From contig OX597830.1 in the NCBI GenBank assembly GCA_951406725.2, positions 8,060,001-8,124,000 of the forward strand: 64,000 bases of DNA, written 5' to 3'. Shown here one piece after another: positions 56,080 to 64,000 of this stretch (positions are counted from its first letter, which is position 1; every line of letters begins with the position of its first letter). The DNA comes from Octopus vulgaris. Taxonomy: Eukaryota. The notes beneath the pieces are model-generated. The model searched no databases, was not told the origin of the DNA, and saw nothing but the letters and a program-made list of their open reading frames with translations. The position numbers and the translations under genes are program-made.

Positions 56080-57332
56080 CGATAAATTATATATTAATAA
56101 CTAAGGTTTTTTTTTTATTATTTATTTCTGTACACATTATTAAATGATATACATCCATAAACAACAATTATTCGTCAACCAAAATAGAAAAGAAAAAAAT
56201 TACAAGAAACTGCTGCCGGGGATCGAAACTCGTACACCTTGCTCACCAGACAAACTTGCTAATCACTACCCTATTCTAAATTTCTAATGAAGCTTTATGC
56301 AATTTTAGTTCAAGGCCACGGTCATTGTTATGCAGGTGAGAAGTTAGGTTGGCGTCTTTGTGGTTTCGGTTCATTTGGTTCGATCCCAATCCACTGCTTC
56401 TCGAGTGAGTGTCTCCCCTATTATAGCTTCAGGCCGACCAATGCTTTATGAATGAAATTTAGTCGACGGAAACTGTATGGAAGCCCGTTTGAAAGAATCG
56501 TTTGTTTTCTTGGGTGGCGAACTTAATACGTTGTCGTTTAATACTTTTCGTTGCTTTTAACAGAATTCATTCTGATGAAAACATTCAGGCCATGATTTTG
56601 GTTAATGGGGGATAACTCCAACCCTGCTCTCTATGCATCACGGAAAACTTTTCTTTTGTTATTTTGTTTGTTTTACATTTATTTATTCATTTATTTAATT
56701 GTTTATTTGTTTATTTATTTTGGTGGTGGCACCGTGTCCATAGAAGTGGTGCTGAAAAAATTGGTGTGGTCATAAATTGAATCTTTTTCTTTTGACCTCT
56801 TCAATGCTGTAGATTTCAAGACACAGAGGCGAGAGGGAGAGAGTGACAGACAGACACAGACAGAGGTGAAGATTGGCCTTAGTTTTTACTGCTACTTTAC
56901 TAATCTACCCTGAAGTATGGAAACCCATAACTGATCTCAGTGGGAAGTGAACTCAGAGAGAAGAAAGCCGGACCAAAGACCACAAGGCATTATATCCGAG
57001 CGCTCTGATATCTGTGTCAGATTGCCATCTTGAAAATGGGTCTGTAAAAGGTTCACTAGCATTGACTTGTCCTCCTTTCGCTTTGTTGTTGGTGATTGTT
57101 GTTGTTGTTAAGCAACAAGACTGGTAAGGGTGATTAGGTGATGGTCTAGGGCTTAGGGACGGGAAATCCCAGACCTTGGAAAAAGAAAACTTTGATCGTC
57201 TTGTTGTAGTCGAGGGCTCTTCGTTGACGCCCGATATTACAGGGAGGTGGCCCTCGAAGTTGCTGGAAATGGAGATCTCCAGGTCCAAATTCTTGAACGG
57301 CTGCTGTTGGTGATGGTGGTGGTGGTGGTGCT

Positions 57333-57363
<31 letters not shown>

Positions 57364-57519
57364 ATGTTTAACCGCAGGTTAACATCCGGTTCCAGTAAAT
57401 CAGACCTAAGTGATCCCTGATGAGTTTTAAGACTATAATAATCAATCCAGTTCCCCTTCTTCTCAACAACCCAAATCCCTGCAGTTCATCCCTGAGACTT
57501 CCCTTCACCGCAACACAAT

Positions 57520-57664
57520 AAGCTTATTAGATATATCGATATAGAACACGGTGTATATATATATTTATTCAAGCTTATTAGATATATGGATATAGAACAC
57601 GGTGTATATATTTATGTAAGCTTATTAGATATATGGATATAGAACACGGTGTCTATATTTATTC
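57520..57664. repeat. Minisatellite, three copies of ~47-51 bp
   Basis: AAGCTTATTAGATATAT(C/G)GATATAGAACACGGTGT at 57520, 57571 and 57618. Confidence 0.95.
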
Positions 57665-58114
57665 GTAAAATATGAAAGAGGTGGTGTATATAGAATCTAC
57701 AGCAATATCATATTCTATTACTTTCATTTTCGTTTTAACCCAAGAGACAGCTAGCTACTATATCTAACTGGTCACATAGAGACTCCATCGTTGGTGGTGG
57801 TCGTGGTTATGACGGCGCTAGAGGTAGTGGTGATGGTAGCAGTAGTAGTGTTGGTGGTGGTGTTGCTGTGTAAACTATTGAATGGTGGAGGGAAGGACAA
57901 GAGTAAGTCTGATTATCTCGATGTGGGTGTCTATGTGTCTGTATGTATGTGTGTAAGCATGAATGTCTGTGTGTGTGTGTGTGTGTATGCGTGTGTATGT
58001 TGTATGTATGTGTGTATGTATGTCTGTGTGTCTGTGTGTGTGCGCGCGTACTTAAGCATATTTGTACATTTGCCTGAATATGTCTAAGGATTGATATGGA
58101 TTTGGCCAGCCATG

Positions 58115-58174
<60 letters not shown>

Positions 58175-59222
58175 TGCGTGCGTGTGTGTGTGTGTGTGTC
58201 TTTGGTGTGTGTGTGTGTGTGTGTGTTTGTGCGTGTGTGTGTGTGTTTGAGTGTGTGTGTGTGTGTTTGAGTGTGTGATAAACGTTTACACAGGACTCGA
58301 GCACTTTCCAGGCCGCGTCCCAGTACTTAACTACGACACCTCGCCATATTGACACAAAGACCCACTCCCCAACGCCGCCACCACACCCTGTGGACACTCC
58401 ACTACGACCACCACCACCACCATCACCACTACACTACTCCATACTACATCACCACACCACCACCAACAACTACAACAACAACAACAACAACATCTCTAAC
58501 AAGGAACACCAGATCACAATCACAACCACCACCATCAACCCCCTCCCCACAACGTCTGCTACAACCACCACCACTATAACAACCACCACGGGCACCACTA
58601 CCACCCCCACCACCACCACAACAGCAACATCCACTACAGCCATCGCCACCCCACCCCGTGGAGCTACTTATTGTCACCAGAAGTAGCAGTAAGTCGCCCA
58701 AGGTTACCCCACGCCCTCCCCCCACTACTACTACTACTACAGTGACATAAGGGTGATAGCAATGTACAGAGAGCTGTTTTGTATTCATCTTCCTCCTCTT
58801 CCTTCTCCCCTTGTTGCTGTTGTCTGTCATGTGTGAAGATGAATGATCTCTCACGTGAAAGATGGTCTTTAATGACCACTTAATGATACAGGGTGCTGGG
58901 GGGAGAGATGAGGGAGGGGGCTGGGGGGATAGATGGGGGAGGGGGCTGTGGTGGTGGTGGTGGTGGTGGTGGTGGTGGTGGCTTGGTCGTCCTCGTCGTC
59001 GTCATCGGCGTAAATGGTCGCTTCTGCAGGATTTGAACTCCGTGTGCAGGAAGTCGAAATAAATACGGTAAAACCGTTTTGTCCAACACATTTAGCGATT
59101 CTGCAGTTTTACTAACTTGTGGTAAAACTGGTGGTGGTGGTGGTGGTGGTGGTGGTAGTCGTGGTCTTCGTCGTATACATAATCTCATTAGGACACTTCG
59201 TGTTTCGCAAACATTTTTGGAT

Positions 59223-59655
59223 AGGCGCAGGAGTGGAGATGTGGTAAGAAGTTTGCTTCCCACCCACAAGGTTCCGGGTTCAGTCCACTGCGTGGCACTT
59301 GGGCAAGTGTCTTCTACTACAGCCTCGGGCCGACTAAAGCCTTGTGGGTGAATTTAGTTGACGGAAATTGAAAGAAGCCCTCGTCGTATATATGTATGTA
59401 TGCATATATGTATGTGGATATGTAGGTATGTACGTGTGTATGTGTGTGTGTTTATGTTTGTCAGTCCATCACCATTTGACAACCAGTGTTGGTGTGTTTA
59501 CGTCCCTGTGACCTGGCGGTTCAACAGAGAAGACTGATAGAATAAGTACTATGCTTTAAAAAGAAATCTTGGGGTCGATTTGTTTGACTACAACTCTTCA
59601 AGGCAGTGCTCCAGTATGGCCACAGTCAAATGATTGAAACAAATAAAAGAATAAA
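59223..59655 (+). mobile_element. tRNA-derived SINE, full length
   Basis: Same family as 1863-2245. Confidence 0.88.
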
Positions 59656-59663
59656 AGACTCTG

Positions 59664-59694
<31 letters not shown>

Positions 59695-59698
59695 TGTG

Positions 59699-59776
<78 letters not shown>

Positions 59777-59861
59777 AGGTTGAAAAGGAACACATGAGTT
59801 GATATATACGTGGAAAAAAGTCAAGGTAGAAAATGCTAAAATAATTTTATAAAAAACATTT

Positions 59862-59897
59862 CAGTACCGGTTTCAGCCATTCAGACTTTTTCAACTG
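59862..59897 (-). ncRNA. Minimal hammerhead motif with U3-A8 core (family C, copy 2)
   Basis: Minus strand CAG-TTGAAAA-AGTC tgaat GGCT-GAAA-CCGG-TA-CTG, with palindromic stem III ACCGGT; the host element has a 26-bp inverted repeat at 59816-59841/60067-60092. Confidence 0.72.
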
Positions 59898-60092
59898 TAA
59901 TTATAGAAAACAATTAAATTCTGGGAAAATTAAAAGAAAAGTTTTTTTAAAAGAATATTTGCAAAGTATTCAAATACAAGGGACATTTTCCTTGTTTCTG
60001 CCTGTTTCTGTCTCTCTTGTTTACTCTTGAGGGTTCGAGTACCGAAGTGTTTCTTTTTATAAAAATTTTTAGCATTTTCTACCTTGACTTTT

Positions 60093-60215
<123 letters not shown>

Positions 60216-60751
60216 TTGTCTAAAGGGAATCATAAATGTTCTCCTGTCTGAAGAAGGCACTATATTTCATCTTATGTCAAGAAGACTGCTTCCAGGATTT
60301 TTAATTATGAAATAGCGATAAACTAACTACCAGCAAGAGGAGCGGGAAAATAAGGATTAAAAATGTCTGATAAAGATTCATCGATTCGAAAGTGCTCACT
60401 TAATTAATTATAACATCCTGCAACCTGGCTCACAACAGGTCACACACCCTATTTAGGGTAAACATTCTTGCCTTCTATTTACCAACCGAACTATCCCTTC
60501 ATTTTATTTTATTCTATTTTCTCTGAGATACACCATCACACTATACATAGTGTGTCCTATGTAAAGAAAGCAGCTTGTTTTATCCGACATTTTGGGCAGA
60601 AAACGTCGAGACGACTTTTCATGAAGCATAACATAGACCACTACGGAATGGATTGCATTGATATATGTATTGTCTCTAACAAAACAAAAACAGGAAGGGA
60701 AATATAATCACGTTCTTTACTAAATTATCTAGAAATGTCGCTTTGAAGTGA

Positions 60752-61092
60752 AGGTGCATGGCTCAGTGGTCAGAGCGTCGAACTTACAATCGTGAGGTTG
60801 TGAGTTCGATTCCCAGACCGGGCTGCATGTCGTGTTCTTGAGCAAGACACTTTTTTTCACATTGCTCCAGTTCACTCAATTGTAGAAATGAGTTGCGATG
60901 TCTCAGGTGCCAAGCTGTATCGGCTCCTTTGCCTTTCCCTTGGATAACACTGACGTGGAGAGGGGAGGCTGGTATGCATGGGTGACTGCTGGTCTTCCAT
61001 AAACAACCTTTCCTGGACTTGTGCCTCGGAGGGTAATTTTCTAGGTGCAATCCCATGGCCATTCGTGACCGAAGGGGGTCTCCGTCCCTTTG
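60752..61092 (+). mobile_element. tRNA-derived SINE with CORE-like domain
   Basis: A box TGGCTCAGTGG, B box GAGTTCGATTCCC, then GTGTTCTTGAGCAAGACACTT..CACATTGCTCCAG. Confidence 0.8.
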
Positions 61093-61637
61093 AAATATCT
61101 ACAATACATGCCCCATTATAAGATTATTTTCCTTAGTTATTTGCACGGTGATTGCTTTAAGCTTATAAAAAAATACCATTATTATTATTTACAGAATTGT
61201 AAAACTCGACACCGCTTAATAAAACTATTAGCACCTGCAATAAATATTTTATACTCGTGATAAGAAAGTAGACAGACCAGTAATTCTTGGAATAAATTTT
61301 GGGAATACTTGTGAGGAAATTGCTTCTACGTTAGAAAATTCTTTGTTATTGTTTTCGCCGTTTTCTTGCAAGATTTCAAGGAACTTAATGTTAAATTAAT
61401 CTAAAACTGTAAACGTTATGCAATGACATTGTAGACAAAAGTACTTTAAGATAAAGCTGTTAATGTTATGTAATGATGTTTCGAAAACTGATGTAAAGTT
61501 GCAAATGTTATATAAGTATTTTACGTAAGACAACTTCAATATGAGGCCTTTACTGTTATGTAATTAATTCTATTCTACACAAGACTATTATAAGTTTGTT
61601 AAAGTTATATAATGGTGTTGTATAGGCGTAGTTGGGA

Positions 61638-61737
61638 NNNNNNNNNNNNNNNNNNNNNNNNNNNNNNNNNNNNNNNNNNNNNNNNNNNNNNNNNNNNNNN
61701 NNNNNNNNNNNNNNNNNNNNNNNNNNNNNNNNNNNNN
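61638..61737. other. Assembly gap (100 N)
   Basis: Run of N. Confidence 1.
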
Positions 61738-61754
61738 TATAATGGTGTTGCATA

Positions 61755-62135
61755 GGCGTAGTTGGGACTGTGTGGTAAGAAGATTACTTCCCAACCACAT
61801 GGTTCCAGGTTCAGTCTCACTGCATAGTACCTTGGTCAAGTCTCTTCTACTATAGCCATGGGTCGATCAAAGCCTTGTGGGTGGATGTTGTAGACGGAAA
61901 CTGAAAGAAGCCTGTCGTGTGTGTGTGGGTGTGTCTTCGTTTCTTTGTTCCCCACCACCGCTTGACGACCGGTGCTGGTGTGTTTACGTCCCCGTAACTT
62001 AGCAGTTCGGAAAAAGTAACCAATAGAAGAAGTACCGGGTTTTTAAAAAAGTACTGGGATTGATCCATTCGACTAAAAATCCTTCAAGGTGGTGCCCCAG
62101 CATGGCCGCAGTCTAATAACTGAAACAAGTAAAAG
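61755..62135 (+). mobile_element. tRNA-derived SINE
   Basis: Same family as 1863-2245. Confidence 0.85.
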
Positions 62136-63442
62136 ACATTACTACCACCACCACCACTACTACTACTACTAATACTAATACTAATACTATTATATAAATA
62201 ACTTCCGTGAAGTTTCTGACTTTTAAATGAAGTGAAATAGTTTCTGTCTGGAATCGAAACCGCGTCATAGATTTGGATCTGTGCTGTACTAACAACTACA
62301 ATAATAACACTCATAGCTAATAGCAATTATTATTAATTAAGAATACACGAAACCCGAAGACATATGAAGGTTAAAGGTCTTTTGATCAACATACATACAC
62401 GTGTAAACACACTCACACACAACCATACACATACACATACACACTCTCTTTCCACATGTCTTCATAGATACATTGACACTCAAGCACACATATACATACA
62501 CACCACACACACGCACACAAACACATACACACACTTATACGCAAACACCAACAACCGACTCGAAAACACACGTTCCAACGCCTACAACGAATACTGAACA
62601 CGTGACCCGGAAGTTAAGGGTCCTCTATTTTCGTTTCTTGGTCCTCCATTACCAACAACAAAAACCATGACGTCGATGAAGGCGACGATTCTTTAATTAT
62701 ATAATAATTATTATCTCTTAATTAAATAATCATAATAATTATATAAAAAAAATATAACGAATGCAGCGAAAATGAAGCAAATATTTTATCTCAGAAAAAA
62801 ATATATCAAAGAAGTCTTGACCATCGGAAAATAAAGATGAAGAATGAAATACAAGCGGAAGTAGCAACGCTGTCGCTAGAGGGCGGTAGCATGTCAGAGG
62901 CAGCAAAAATACGTTTCTAGAACCTTCCACGTCCACTACTTTTGTATCCGTTTCCGGTTGCAACAAAACCATGGATACGCATACACATGCAAGCACGCAC
63001 ACTCACACACACACGCACGCACACACGTACTTATATTTACAGACACGCACATACATATACATAATGTTCATAATAATAATAGTAATTATAACGATGATGA
63101 TGATGATGATGATAGTAATAATAATAATAACAATAATATTAACAATAATAATAATAATTAGTAGTAGCAGCAGAAGCAGTAGTAGTAGTTGTTGTTGTTG
63201 TTGTTGTTGTTGTTGTAGTAGTTTTCTTTATCAGCCAGAAGAACAATATATATACACAAATATTGGCCACAATGACGAAATCTGAGATGTTTATGTATAA
63301 TGCACACGCTCAATATATACATATATATATACATATATATATACCGGAGTAAACACATAAATGTGAAACAAGGTGGAAAAAAGAGTACTCAAATACTAGG
63401 GGTAGAGTAATATGCTTTATTTTAAGCAGCAGAAAATTCAAC

Positions 63443-63489
63443 AAAATCTGTTACTCTGAGTTTCTCGTTGCCGTTCATCAGACAGTTTT
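63443..63489 (-). ncRNA. Minimal type I hammerhead motif
   Basis: Minus strand AAAACTGT-CTGATGA-ACG gcaa CGA-GAAA-CTCAGAG-TA-ACAGATTTT. Intact core, GUA triplet, short GNRA-capped stem II; lies in a ~150-bp island between (TA)n runs. Confidence 0.8.
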
Positions 63490-63539
63490 TGCTAGATATA
63501 CATATATATATATATATATACGTATATATATATATATAC

Positions 63540-63606
<67 letters not shown>

Positions 63607-63676
63607 TTCACACATATGTGCATATGGTTTTGCATATAAGCAAAAATTCTGGTAATAAAATCTCTGAGAGATCAGT

Positions 63677-63756
63677 GCAGTAGTTGTATTGACAGGTAAT
63701 ATTCGTAGCCACTTTAACATGGCTGTCCGCTCGAGCGGACTCTACTGCGATTTTTT
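63677..63756 (+). ncRNA. 72-nt cloverleaf (four-way junction) followed by T6, homologous to 32274-32355
   Basis: GCAGTAG/CTACTGC closing stem enclosing GTATT/AATAT, AGCCA/TGGCT and GTCCGC/GCGGAC arms. Confidence 0.6.
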
Positions 63757-63849
63757 AACCCCAAGTGGACATCTCCTCTAGATGGTTAACGATGCACAGC
63801 TGCAGTCGATAAAATTGCGATCTGCTATCATCTCTAGCAGACGAGGTGT

Positions 63850-63900
63850 CCAGTATTGAGGAGTGGCAGAAATAGCCCGAAACCAGGACTCGTATACTGG
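63850..63900 (+). ncRNA. Type I hammerhead motif (C3U)
   Basis: CCAGTA-TTGAGGA-GTGGCagaaataGCCC-GAAA-CCAGgaCTCG-TA-TACTGG; perfect 6-bp stem I, GUA triplet. Confidence 0.75.
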
Positions 63901-64000
63901 TGGTAGGGGTTCGCTCCCCTGCTCATAATTTTATCGGTTGCAGCTTAGAACGACTTCAAAAATATTTAAAATCAGTGCGACCCAAATGTGTGTGTGTGTG

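Noticed and set aside
56210-56272. tRNA gene on the minus strand
   Set aside because: Only a degenerate B box and partial arms; probably a SINE head or tRNA pseudogene.
57520-57664. CRISPR-like array
   Set aside because: The units are contiguous with only short AT-rich variable linkers and no unique spacers, in a eukaryotic context; an ordinary minisatellite.
63677-63748. Genuine tRNA gene
   Set aside because: The anticodon-like loop is 8 nt, there is no variable region or TTC T-loop, and the homologues lack A/B boxes; kept only as a tRNA-sized cloverleaf.

Overview
AT-rich, microsatellite-saturated eukaryotic DNA. The repeat landscape (tRNA-derived SINEs with Nin/Deu-like and CORE-like bodies, (TA)n/(CA)n/(AAT)n/(GATA)n arrays) resembles an octopus/coleoid cephalopod genome; that assignment is inference. 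I cannot support any host protein-coding exon. Nearly all ORFs in the track are microsatellite artefacts, and the real coding traces are transposon relics: a CR1-group LINE (APE+RT), R4/Dong-type restriction-like endonuclease 3' ends, Penelope-like (PLE) GIY-YIG fragments, Tc1/mariner fragments and MITEs, and non-autonomous Helitron-like elements. The main hidden signal is RNA structure. Reading both strands by eye gives about 15 type I hammerhead ribozyme (HHR) motifs, intact or slightly degenerate, from several unrelated small non-coding families. One is a ~355-nt retrozyme-like family with terminal direct repeats that couples an HHR to a covarying tRNA-sized cloverleaf module, and a related element carries its HHR in the opposite polarity. 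Five copies from two other families carry the compensated U3-A8 core variant. All structures were paired manually; no folding, alignment or database search was run.
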